In this document: positions 10,770-22,214 of the stretch, one piece after another
How positions within the stretch are numbered: the first letter of the stretch is position 1
Layout: the number at the start of each line of letters is the position of its first letter
The notes under the pieces: model-generated
Told to the model about the DNA's origin: nothing
The model's database searches: none
What the model saw: the letters and a program-made list of their open reading frames with translations, nothing else
Origin: Octopus bimaculoides
Lineage: Eukaryota
NCBI RefSeq assembly: GCF_001194135.2
Contig: NC_068985.1
Span: forward strand, 117,808,509-117,846,584
Direction of reading: 5' to 3'
Length of the DNA stretch: 38,076 nucleotides
Made by a program: the position numbers and the translations under genes

Positions 10770-11152
10770 TCTTTCATTTAATTCAGTCATTTGACTGTGG
10801 CCATGCTGGAGCACCGCCTTTAGTCGAGCAAATCGACCCCAGGACTTATTCTTTGTAAGCCTAGTACTTATTCTATCGGTCTCATTTGCCGAACCGCTAT
10901 GTTACAGGGACGTAAACACACCAGCATCGGTTGTCAAACGATGTTGGGTGGACAAACACAGACACACAAACACACATATATGTATATATACATATATACG
11001 ACGGGCTTATTTCAGTTTCCGACTACCAAATCCACTCACAAGGCTTTGGTCGGCCCAAAGTAGGAGATACTTCTTCAAAGTACCTCGCAGTGGGACTGAA
11101 CCCTGAACCATGAGGTTGGGAGGCAAGTTTCTTACCACACAGTCATGCCTGC
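10770..11152 (-). mobile_element. SINE family A, near full length
   Basis: The minus strand starts tgcaggcatgactgtgtggtaagaaacttgcctcccaacctcatggttcagggttcagtccc (tRNA-like A and B boxes) and ends ggcggtgctccagcatggccacagtcaaatgactgaat. Confidence 0.9.
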
Positions 11153-12361
11153 ACCTTTGAAATCCTGAGCATGACTTTAAGCATTCAGTGTTTTGGGTCT
11201 GGTTCAGGAGTTCCGTGTGTTTGAAGAGTGTGGAACCACTTATTAGCCATTATTGATCCCTGGTCTGCTCTGACCCAGAGGAGTAGCCCTTGCAAGGCTC
11301 CTAGTTATGGGTTAAGTTGCATATGTTAGGACATTACATCAGTAAGTGGAGACGCAGAAATACCTTTGGTTGGTGTCAGTATGCGCACTAAAACGTCTAA
11401 CTGTTGTCACAGCATCCTTCTATGAGAGAGACACTCTGATGCAAAATCTGCGGTTTCAGGTGATAACTAGTCATGTTTTTGCCTAACACTAGCTACTAAT
11501 CACGGAGATTCAGAAAGCAGCACTTGTGCTATATAAATGATTTTCAGTATAATTCTTTGACGTACAAATGTCTTTTTAAGGGTGACTTCACTTGTCATTT
11601 GTCATTCCATCCGTTAAAAGTCCTATGACGGTGGAAGAGTGGTGACATGTACAGACATAGCTTCTTGGAAGCACACAGTAAGTTACAACTTTCGTCTGTC
11701 ACCTACGCTTCAAACCATGCGGATCTGCAACGGGATAGAATAGACATCTGGGAGGTCAATGATGGAACGTCAGAAATGCCGTTGATGGCAAGGAAACTGT
11801 AATCATTAGCGACGATAGAGGAGCAATTACCATATATATNNNNNNNNNNAATATTTTGTTTACTTTTGGTTGATAATTACACGCAACCTGCCGATAATTC
11901 GACCTTTATTCCTGTATTTGAAACTGATAGTAATTGTCGTTCTGTCCTGGAACTGTAATATACGTATCAAGCAGGTATATGAATCTCTGGTGAAGTTTCA
12001 GTTGTATAATCAACCGAATTACCTGCTCCTTTAAAATTCACTATAGTAAAGTTTCGGGGTTATCTCCCCTGCTTTGTCCTGAGATTTTTTTTGTTTTTGA
12101 TTTTATATATAATGACTAATTTAGATAATTATTCTCCATACTAAAGTTGTAGTTCTCATTGATTAAAAATATCTTTACTTTCTGTATCAAGTATGCAATG
12201 CCAAATTTACCGTTAAGTTTTCATCCATATTTTCTTTTTCTTTTCTCATTTTTTTATCGGCGTGTATGTGCATATGTATATATATATGCGTATGTTTGCG
12301 AATATTTGTACAAGATATGTGTGTGTGTATGTGTGTATGTGTGTATGTGTACACATACATA

Positions 12362-13233
12362 TACGTGGTTTCATCATAGTAACAATGCTAAAGCACACAG
12401 AGTGAAGCTGCTTGGCACAGATTGGACTTGAACACTGCTGTACATGCACACTACGTTCTAATGTTCTAGCTCACTTCCTCTGTTTATAGTAGTGCTTGGA
12501 AGGAAGGTATGTAGCGTGTGATGGTCACATTGACCATGACAGAGAGAGGGGAGCAGAGAATCTGCATCAAATTTTGCGTCAAATCCTTGGCGATACCTGC
12601 TCAGAGGCCTACGCAAAGTTTTCAAAAAGTTTTCATCGTTCTCGACACAATCAACGAGATCTTGCGCAACTGAAGCCCGAATGTCTTTTTGGTCAGTTGA
12701 AAGCAGTTTTGGCACAAACTTGGCAGACACGCGTCTCATACCCAAATCTTTGCTGATAATGGACTGAACTGAACTGTAACTAATCTGCACATCCTCTGAT
12801 AACTCACAGATCGTAATTCGACGATTTTCCCTCACAGCTGCACGCTTCTTTGCGATATCTTTCTCAATTCTGCTGGTTGTAGATCTCCCAGAACGTTCGT
12901 CACTATCAACATTTTTCGGCCATCTTGGAAACGTCTGAATCACTCGTTTACTCATACACTCATACACTCCTCTCGATACAATTTCTACAACTTTGCGTAG
13001 GCCTCCGAGCAGGTATCGCCATGACAACTTTTCTGTCATGGTCAATGCGACGAACATACGCTACACAACTTCCTTCCAAGCACTGCTGTGAACAGCAGAA
13101 TTTAGCTAGAACGTTAAAACTTAGAGCACATTCACAGCAGAGTTCAAGGTCAATCTTTGCCAAGCGGCTTTACTTAGCATGCTTTAGCTTCGTTACCATG
13201 ACATCAGTCTGGATACTTATTGATTAGACCTCG
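12362..13233 (-). mobile_element. Mariner (Tc1/mariner superfamily) fold-back remnant made of two converging 5' ends
   Basis: Minus-strand ORF has DSDERSGRSTTS...RENRRITICELSEDVQIS..SVQSIISKDLGMRRVSAKFVPKLL, typical of the mariner HTH region plus the WVPHEL-like linker. A mariner-type TIR cgaggtctaatcaataagtatccagactg lies at 13233-13205. The plus strand from 12536 reads MTERGEQRICIKFCVK, a mariner N-terminus. No DDD catalytic domain. Confidence 0.85.
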
Positions 13234-13242
13234 TGTTTATAA

Positions 13243-13243
<1 letters not shown>

Positions 13244-13319
<76 letters not shown>

Positions 13320-13326
13320 TGTGTGT

Positions 13327-13362
<36 letters not shown>

Positions 13363-13580
13363 TATACACACTCATGCACTCACTCTTACACATGCAATTC
13401 TGACATGTAAATGTTTGCATAGATACATCTGTGCGTATTCTCATAACCATGTGTGTGTGAGTGTGTGTGCGTATGTGTGTTTGTGTATGCTTGTGTGTGT
13501 GTGTGCGTATGTGTGTTTGTGTATGCTTGTGTGTGAAAGTGTGTTTGGGAATGCGCGCGCTCGTGTATGTGTGCGAGTGA
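13244..13580. repeat. (TG)n microsatellite and derived ~36-bp tandem duplication
   Basis: Direct reading; gtgtgtgcgtatgtgtgtttgtgtatgcttgtgt occurs twice at ~13463-13535. Confidence 0.9.
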
Positions 13581-14599
13581 GTCTATGGTACGAAAGCGAC
13601 TAGAATTTATAATTTTGTTTTACTTATCGAAGTTGAATATCTATTCATTCATTAAAGTTTGGCGCCGATCACGATTACTGTAGAGGGATATTTAAATGAA
13701 AGAAACATCGATTTCTTTTTTTAAAAAAATACAATAACAAGCTCAATAATGATTTTTAGTTTTGTTAAATTTGATCGTATGGTCGTCATCTCGATCATAT
13801 TGTTTTTTTCGTTTTGCTCTTTTCTTTTTCTGGCGACGGTTCGATTAGTCTCTTGTTTATTCTCAAAATAACAAAAGTGCTCAATAATATTTTTTCAGCC
13901 GTGCAGAGCTGACACTATTTTGTGCGGTTGATACAAGGTCTTGTATGTTTAATGCTGATCATTCAATCTAAATCAATACCTATCAGCCTCCACATGTGCA
14001 TTGAGGAAGCCTTAGTGTTTTTTTTTTTTTTACATTCTATCTGAAAGCAGAGCGTCTTTCTTTTAATTTTTTTCCGGTAGCATCATGTCAAAAGGCGTTT
14101 AAGCTGCACTACTTTTAAGATGCAGCACCCGTAGGCATCCATATGTGTACATCAATCAACACGTTCGGATTTCTGAACGGTTTGTATGGCCACCACATGC
14201 AAGTAACGGGCATTAACCCGCAGTCATTTACATCGCCTTTGGTACTTGACTCGTACATTATATTATGCTATATTAGGATGAGAGATAAAGTCGACTTCGA
14301 TGGGATTTGATATCAGGACATAAAAAGCTACATCTGGATATCGGACAGCTACTTTTCCGAGTCTCTTATAATTCTGCTAATCCACCGACTTCGTAAGACT
14401 TATGGTCGAAGAAACGGTTTTTGGAAGTATCTTCGCTGATTTTGATGCCATTTCTTTCAGTTTTACCAGTACTGCTTTTGGATATAACATTTGCTCGGTA
14501 AAACAATACTTTACATAAACAATTGACAATTGTCTTCCTTGTTTTATTCCACAGCAAGAACATATATTTGTTGTAATCTTATAAATATATTTCGGTAAA

Positions 14600-15450
14600 T
14601 CAAATGTTCTCCTTTTTTTGTTCTGCTAGTGTATTAGTAATATTGTCTCTTATAGCATTGATCCTAATATTTGTGCTAAGATGTAACGACAGTACATCTA
14701 TAATATTATTGTTTAACTTCTCTATAAACTTTTCACTTGTTTCCAATAAACAAATTATTTTCTCTAAAATCTTATTATTTTCTTTTTAAACGTATTTATT
14801 CTCTGTGTTAGCTTTCACCAGCTGAATAAGAATTTCTATAGTTTTAATAAGTTCGTGTTTATCTTTAATTATACGTTTTTGAATAGCTTTGCTACTTCTT
14901 TGAAATTTGCGAACTTTTCCTCGATTACATATTATTGATATATATATACTTTCTAACAGTCCTTTTGTATTTTCGATTTCAAAACCTTGTATTCACTATT
15001 ATGTTTGTTTTTTCCTTAAATATTAATTCTAGCTTCTTGTATTATTACACAGGCTTTTGTATAAATCACTTGATTTAGCTCAGAAGTATTTCTGTTATTC
15101 TTTTGAATTGTTACTTCATCAAGACCATCATAGGTTTGTTTTGTGAATCTTTTATAATAATGTCATATTCAACTTTACTGTGTTATGATTCTTCACTGAA
15201 ATTTAACAAGTTTTATTTTTCCTTGTTTTCTCTTATCGTGTATTCAAAATACCAACACTGTTGCATTTATTCGCGTATTCCTATTATTACATCAAATCTT
15301 CCATTCTGTAGAAGGTTTATGACGAGGAAGAGCGATTATTTTCTTTTGGTAGACTTTATGCGCCGTTGAATATCAACTGAGCAGTCTTTTAAAACTCAGG
15401 ATAACTTCCCAAAATGTCTGACCTGACAATGGGTCATAGTCGGTTTGTGA
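14600..15450 (-). pseudogene. Heavily decayed R4/Dong-like LINE, N-terminal ORF fragment
   Basis: Broken minus-strand frames give SELNQVIYTKACVIIQEARI and TIEILIQLVKA..QRINTFK...FRENNLFIGNK-KVYREVK, paralleling KIQAKAQRLSRYIKRIKQFRQ in the + strand copy at ~16400-16470. Many stops and frameshifts. Confidence 0.6.
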
Positions 15451-15645
15451 CAAACCATTCAAGCTTGACTAAGATGCGCTCTGACCAATAAAACAAGGCA
15501 TTGGTGACTTCTGGAGTTATGCATAAAAGCTGGTGTTGCGTGTAGGAAATATCTGGCGCTAAGCTCCGTCCAATGTGAAGATTGCCTCACCTCCAGTTTT
15601 CTTTGGCTGAAGTGGGGAGTTAGTTTTCTTGTTTCGCGGCTATGG

Positions 15646-15790
15646 AAGAAGAAGAAGAAGAAGAAGAAGAAGAAGACCAGTTTCAAATTTTGGCACAAGG
15701 TAAGTAATTTTGGGAGAGGGGTAAGTTGATCCCATCTAGCCCAGCCCAGTGCTTAATTGTTACTTATTTCATCGACTCGACCCCGAAATG
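15646..15790 (-). mobile_element. SINE family B 3' tail ending in (CTT)n
   Basis: Reverse complement of the tail at 22255-22363 (cttatttcatcgac..gaccccgaaa; ttttggcacaagg..aattttgggagagggg). (GAA)n at 15646-15676. Confidence 0.7.
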
Positions 15791-15796
15791 AAGAAA

Positions 15797-17872
15797 GGGC
15801 TCCACCTGCAAGGTCATGCGTTGTTTATCTTGATGTGAGTTCACCATGTTGCGCACATATGATTGTGATGCATGTGCTTGGTGTAACCTTGTGAGACGTG
15901 TAGTCATAATAGGTATACTGGGCTTATCAATTATGGAGACAACAAAATCCAACTTTAAGGTTAAATATGGATCCCAACAAGTTAGGGAATGTCCGAAGCG
16001 ATATCATTAAAAACAGGAGGCTCACAGACACTGAGCTGGAAGAAATAAAAGAAAAAGTCAACAGATCTCAACGTATAACACCAAATACAAATGAAATAGA
16101 AATAGGGACTGCAGAAAACCAAGAAGAGAATTATTTGAGGAGCCCTCTGTAGGTAATGAGATAGAAGTACTTGTAAAACAACCAACAGCACGAAACAGGG
16201 ACTTGGATAGGGAGAAATATTTGGAACTAAAAGAAGAAATACAGAGAAAATGGGAGCAGGTGAAAGCACAAGACACCACAGACAGAGAGTCCCTACCGAA
16301 AGTCAGTATGAATAAGAACCTGAAGGAGTTGATTAAAATTGGCAATAATGTAATAGATGAGATAAAATCAACAACAATACCTGAAGCAAAAGAAAACCTA
16401 AAGTAAAAAATCCAAGCAAAAGCACAACGACTGTCACGATATATAAAGAGAATCAAACAATTTAGGCAGAAGATGGAAAGAAATTTTACAGGGAACTCGG
16501 TAAACAAGAAATAAATGTTGAGCAACCGCAAAAGAAAGAGGATATGGAAAATTTCTGGAGTACGATATGGGAAAATGAAAAACAACATAATGAAGATGCA
16601 GAATGGATTAAGGAACAAGAGACACTCCTGGAAAATAAAGAAGTACAGGAATGGGAAGATATTCAAAAGGAGGAGGTCACCCTGGCCCTGAAAAAGGCCA
16701 GAAATTGGAAGTCACCGGGGAATAGATCGAGTACCAAACTTCTGAATCAAACAGCTAGTTCATATACATGGAGATATGTCATCAGCATACAACGAAGCCA
16801 TGAAATACCCAGAAAATAGCCCAGACTGGTTGACACAGGGAGTGACATACCTAATACCAAAAGCAAATGACACAAGAAACCTAAAGAACTATAGACCAAC
16901 CACCTGTCTACCAACAATGTATAAAATATTAACATCTGTAATCACTGAAAGAACATACACATTCCTAGAAGAAAACAACCTACTACCACCAGAACGAAAA
17001 GGTTGTCGAAGAGGGAGCTACGGATGCAAGGACCAATTGCTAATAAACAAAATGATCCTTTCCTGCAAAACCAGAAAAACAAATCTGAGTACATCATGGA
17101 TCGACTATAAAAAGGCGTTCGATAGTGTACCTCACTTATGGATTATGAAAGTGATGGAAGTATACAAAGTATCCCCAACTCTCATCAAGTTTATGAAACA
17201 CAGCATGAATACATGGGAAACTACGTTAACGCTGAACCATTCCAGTGGATCAATAACAAGCAGACCAATCAAAATCAAAAGTGGTATCNNNNNNNNNNAA
17301 CGCTGAACCATTCCAGTGGATCAATAACAAGCAGACCAATCAAAATCAAAAGTGGTATCTTCCAAGGGGACTCGCTGTCAACCTTAGTATTCTGCTTGGC
17401 ACTGGCACCATTAAGTACCATGCTCAACAAAACCGGGTATGGATGTGAGATCAGGAAGAAAAAAGGGAGTCATCTGTTCTACATGGATGATCTGAAAATG
17501 TACTCAAAAAATGACGAACAACAAGGTCTACCTGCTACCGTTAAAAAGTTCAGTGATGATATCAGGATGCAGTTTGGACTGGAGGAATACGCAAAGGTCA
17601 CTTTCATAAGAGGCAAACTGGCATGTTCTGCGGATATCCACGTAGATACAGAAGCAAGAATCCGAGCACTGGACCAGGAAGAAGCATATAAATACCTTGG
17701 CGTAGACGATAGTAACGACATAAAACATTCAGCAATGAAAGAGAAGAGTACTACAGGAGAGTACGGTTAGTAACAAAGCCTGAACTCAACGCTGCAAGCA
17801 AAATAGAAGGCATTAACACTCTTGCAGTATCAATCGAAGCTTACAGTTTTAACACAATCAACTGGCAAACGA
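15797..17872 (+). mobile_element. R4/Dong-clade non-LTR retrotransposon, 5' half with RT domain; frameshifted and 3'-truncated
   Basis: FWSTIWE..., ARNWKSPG, GVTYLIPK, NYRPTTCLPTMYKILT, KGCRRGSYGCKDQLLINK, WIDYKKAFDSVPH, GIFQGDSLS, HLFYMDDLK, YKYLG; ends at INTLAVSIEAYSFNTINW. No APE domain upstream, consistent with an RLE-type element. Confidence 0.9.
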
Positions 17873-17875
17873 GGA

Positions 17876-17916
17876 CGTAATCTTTGTAAGCCTAGTATTT
17901 ATTCTATTGTTCTCTT
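17876..17916 (-). mobile_element. Short SINE family A fragment at the R4 breakpoint
   Basis: tctttgtaagcctagtatttattctattgttctct matches tctttgtaagcctagtacttattctatcggtctc at ~10850-10883. Confidence 0.7.
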
Positions 17917-17955
17917 TTATTATTATTATTATCATTATTATCATTATTATTATCT

Positions 17956-18160
17956 TAGCAGAATCGTTAGCAGACCGGGCGAAATGCTTTGCGGTGTATC
18001 GTCTGTCGCTACGTTCTAAGTTCAAATTTCGCCGAGGTCGACTTTACATTTCGTCCTTATGGGGTCGGTAAATTAAGTACTAGCTGAGTACTGGGGTCGA
18101 TATAACCGACTAGTCTCCTCCCCAAAATTTCAGGACTTGTCCCTTTAGTAGAAAGGATTA
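17956..18160 (+). mobile_element. tRNA-derived SINE family B, copy 1 of a tandem pair
   Basis: gcagaatcgttagcagaccgggcgaaatgc...agttcaaatttcgccgaggtcgacttt...ggggtcg...aaaatttcaggacttgtccctttagtagaaagg followed by (ATT)n. Confidence 0.88.
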
Positions 18161-18178
18161 TTATTATTATTATTATTA

Positions 18179-18384
18179 AGGCGGTGAGCTCGCAGAATCG
18201 TTATCATGCCGGGAGAAGTGCTTAGTGGCATTTCGTCCGTCCTTATGTTCTGAGTTCAAATTCCGCCGAAGTTCACTTTGCTTTTCATCCTTCCAGAGTC
18301 GATAAAATAAATACCAGTTACGCCGATATAATCAACTTATCCTCCTCCCACAAATTTGCTAGCCCTGTGTCAACAACTAAAATG

Positions 18385-18385
<1 letters not shown>
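18179..18385 (+). mobile_element. tRNA-derived SINE family B, copy 2 of a tandem pair
   Basis: aaggcggtgagctcgcagaatcgttatcatgccgggag...gagttcaaattccgccgaag...gtcgataaaataaataccagtt, followed by an (AGT)n tail. Confidence 0.88.
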
Positions 18386-18416
<31 letters not shown>

Positions 18417-18529
18417 TAGTAGTGTTATTGTTATTCTTCTGTTTTTCACTCACTTTCTCTCAGTATATTCTCTTTCTTATTTCCTTTAAAATGTCTCCAG
18501 ATATATGAGTATGTGTCTGTGTGTATGAA

Positions 18530-18795
18530 TGATGTGGTTAATGGCGGACGTGGTCGTAGTGGTGTCGCGGTGGTGGTGGTGGTGGTGGCGGCGGCGGCGA
18601 TTGCGGTTGTGGTGTTGGCGGTGGAGACAGAGCTAACGTTAAGCAAGTATTGCACAAGGGACTACACAATCAAAATATATACATATACAAATATAAGTTA
18701 TGTATGTGCGTGTATATACATACATATATGTATGTATATATGTGTGTGTGCGTGTGAGTGTGCCTTCATGTGTCTGTGTACACACACACACGCAC

Positions 18796-18883
<88 letters not shown>

Positions 18884-19033
18884 GTACATACATATATATA
18901 TATATATATATATGCACATACTTACATATACATAGGTGCACACAATAAGTGTCTATGAGTGCGTGAGTGTATGTGCGTGCCTGCGTATGTGTGTGTGTGT
19001 GTATGTGAGTGTGTGTGTGTGTGTGTATGTGAG

Positions 19034-19065
<32 letters not shown>

Positions 19066-19417
19066 TGCGTGTGTATAAACAGGTATACATTCTCGTATTC
19101 CGGCTGTCTAGACAGTATTATTGTCACGTCTCACAATCAATATGCAATAATTTTTTGCCCCGTGGTTCAGTAGTAGTAGTAGTAGTAGTAGTGTTAGTAG
19201 TAATGGTGGTGGTTGTATTTGTAGTAGGAGGAGGTGGAGGAGTGGGTGTGCTGGCGGTGCTGCTGCTGCTTGTACTGCTGCCGCTGGTGGCGCTGGTGTT
19301 AGCGTTGATAATGGTTATAATGATGAGGGCGGTGGTAGATTTGATGCCAATAACAATGTTTAGGACGAACACAGTTATGACAATTGCTGCTGTTGTTGTT
19401 GATGTTATTACTACTAC

Positions 19418-19486
<69 letters not shown>

Positions 19487-19515
19487 CATTATTGTTGTTG
19501 TTGCTGTTGTTGTTA
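18530..19515. repeat. Compound microsatellite field: (GTG)/(GCG), (CA)n, (TA)n, (TG)n, (AGT)n, (ATT)n, (GTT)n
   Basis: Direct reading; explains the low-complexity ORFs at 18513-19637. Confidence 0.9.
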
Positions 19516-19957
19516 CTTCAGTGTGCTCTTATTTATTAGTGTTACGTATTTTCGTTGCACAGCTAGGTACATCATTGTGTGTGTTTTTAGACTCAATGTT
19601 TTATTTTCATCTTCCCTATTGTGTCAACTCGACATAATGCTGGGTGCGACAAAAACACCTTCTCATATTCACAATTCATGATAAACATTTCAAATGTTAT
19701 GGCACGCTGTGCGACGGTTCAAATCATAAGCATATCTAAGAAAAACGATAAAATATTGGCTATTTGAAGATAGTGTTAACAACTGCCTAACATTACTAAC
19801 TTTACATCGAATGCCGTGTAAAATGTGGGAGGTTTTTCTACTGCAGGTTATGTATGTGTATTGTGTTAAATGTTCTATTGGGAATATATCTAAGTGTTGG
19901 AGTTTCGATTTTGTATTTGTCTGCACGCTTTTAATACCCTCCATAACACCTATATTA

Positions 19958-20007
<50 letters not shown>

Positions 20008-20008
<1 letters not shown>

Positions 20009-21553
20009 TTGCTTTGTATTTGTTCACGTTGACTCCAAGTCTCACCCAGATACCTCAAGAGACAACAAGTTAGAAGTTCAAGTTCGTGTTAAGACAAGGG
20101 TGCCATTTATTTGGCTTTGCACAAAGTATTGTTTTAGAGAATTCATTTTCTTTTCATTTTATCTAGTTTCAGCTCATGAGCTGTGACCATGCTGGGGCAC
20201 CGCCATTTGGTGTTGCTACATAACTTTACTTCACGAATTTTACTTCAGGAATTGACATTTGGTGCATGAGAGAGTTTGATGCTGCTGCCCTCATCTGCAC
20301 CTCCTGCCGCGAAGTTGGTTCATCTGTTTAAGAAAACACAAGAAAATTATAAGTTTGTTTTAAAATTTGAGATTACATAGACAGTATTTTACGTAAGATA
20401 TGGGCAGTTCCGATGAGCACTATTTTTTTTTTTAATTTCTGCCATTTTTTAAATTTCCTGGTATCTGAGGTATGTAGCAGTCAGCCCTTTGTGCTATCAT
20501 TCCCAGGGCACTTATGACAACAGGTGTTGTTTTAATCTTGAGGCACCACGTTTTGCCAATTTCTATTTCAAGATCTTTATACTTGCTCAGTTTTTGGTAG
20601 GTCTTGACAGATATATCTATGTCGATTGGGACAGTCATATCGATGAGGCAGCATGATTTTTGTCTGAAGACCTTCAATATAATGCCTGGTCTATTCACAT
20701 TTATCTTTCTGTCAGTTTGAACGGTGAAGTTCCAGAGGAGTGAGATGTGGTCATTTTCAAGCACTGGGGATGGCTTGTGTTTCCACCAGTTCTTTTCACG
20801 GGGCAGGTCCAAGTTTTTGCAAATTATCCAGTGAATATACTGTGCTGCTCTATCATGCCTGTTGAGATACTCTGTAGGCGCAAGAAGACTGCACATGGAG
20901 ACATGATCGATGGTTTCATTTTGTTGATTACATACATGACATGTTGGGCTACTGCTGTTCTTTAATATGTTGGCCTGGTAGTTTCTTGTAGATAGACATT
21001 GATCTTGGGCTGCTATAATAAACCCTACTGCCTCTGATTTTAAGCCAGAAGACACTAACCATTGATGGGTAAGGGCTTTGTCAAAATCGGCACTATTAGC
21101 TCTATTTGGGTATTTGTCATTGAGAGGTTTTTCTTGCCATTTATCATTAAGAATATCGAAGGCAGCAGTGTTAGCACAGGTTTTCATACGCTTAGCTTTT
21201 TCTGTGCTTGTTTCTAATTCCACGATTTGTTGTATTTAGAATTCATATAGATATTCCTTTGCATATTTTGTTACTGAGTATGATGTTTTCTTATTTTTGT
21301 GCTTTAGGACAAGTTTTAACATCCAATCATAGTTTTTCAGGTAGGGGTTTAGGCCAATTGTGGCAATCTTCATTATTAATTCCAGTTGTAAAATTCCACG
21401 GCCACCCTCTTTCCTTGGCAGGTAAAGTTGTTCTATATCTGCCTTATTCTATTCTATGCATTGTCAACAATTTTCGTATTTTTTTCTCAAGATTGCATGT
21501 TTCAGTAATTGACCAGTTAATAATGTTGAAACTAAGTCTCGACCGTATGGCTG
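20008..21553 (-). mobile_element. R4/Dong-clade LINE, 5'-truncated 3' half (R4-A), with (AAT)n on both sides
   Basis: SFNIINW...RKLLTMH...LYLPRKEGGRG, then WQEKPL, GFIIAAQDQ.L.TRNY, CCHC knuckle CHVCNQQNETIDHVSMC, RHD, LLWNFTVQTDRKI.VNRPGII (PD mutated to PG), LIDMTVP, KLSKYKDL, and C-terminal IVLIGTAHILRKILSM*, then a 3' UTR and an (AAT)n tail at 19953-20007. Confidence 0.92.
20160..20330 (-). mobile_element. SINE-derived insert within the R4-A 3' UTR
   Basis: Minus strand ggcggtgccccagcatggtcacagc...tgaaactag resembles the family A tail ggcggtgctccagcatggccacagtcaaatgactgaaacaag. The upstream extent is uncertain. Confidence 0.5.
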
Positions 21554-21656
21554 ATTATTATTATTATTATTATTATTATTATCATTATTATTATTATTAT
21601 TGTTGTTGTTGTTGATGGTGTTGTTGTTGTTGCTGTTGTTGTTGTTGTTGTTGTTG

Positions 21657-22214
21657 TATTAAAACTCACAGCTTATGTTGCTGGGTATGATGGAAAGTGT
21701 CAGCAAGCTAAGGTGACACTTTTTTACTGGTCATGCTTCAAGAACCTTGCGAAGAATTCTTGCAGCTCCAAGCAATGCTGATATGTTTAGGTGTTCTACC
21801 TTAACATTTACACTGATCTTTTTCAGCCATGTTGGTAGTTGAGTACTGACACTTCCAAGTGCACCTTTACTATTGGTATCACATCTACTCTCTTCATTGA
21901 CCACAACCTTCGTATTTCCTACCTTAAATCGTCATAGTTGTTTATTATTTCCTCTTTCACATTGATCCTGTTGTCCCCGGGGCATGCTATGTCGATTATC
22001 ATACATGTTCTTTGTTTTTTATTCCCCACAACAATGTCCGGTTTCCGATGTCTGGTCAGGTGATCGTACTGGATCATTGAATCCCACAAGATTTTGCAAT
22101 TCTCATTTTCAGTGACTCCTTCTGGGGTTTGCTGATAACACATCTTTGCTCTCTTTAGGCTGTAATTTCCACAGAGCTCCCATTGGATCATTCTTGCTAC
22201 ATTGTCATGGCATC

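Noticed and set aside
14400-14560. GIKQGRQLS as an RT motif of a separate LINE
   Set aside because: A single short motif with no neighbouring RT motifs in register.
15797-15935. HDV-like, twister or hammerhead ribozyme in the shared leader block
   Set aside because: By eye I could not fit the nested double pseudoknot (no TCCTCG-like L3, P1' in the wrong position), the twister core or a CUGANGA/GAAA pair. It is kept only as a candidate structured RNA.
17228-17359. Apparent 61-bp tandem duplication inside the RT domain
   Set aside because: The two identical copies flank a 10-N gap, so this is an unmerged contig overlap. Removing one copy restores ...IKSGIFQGDSLS.
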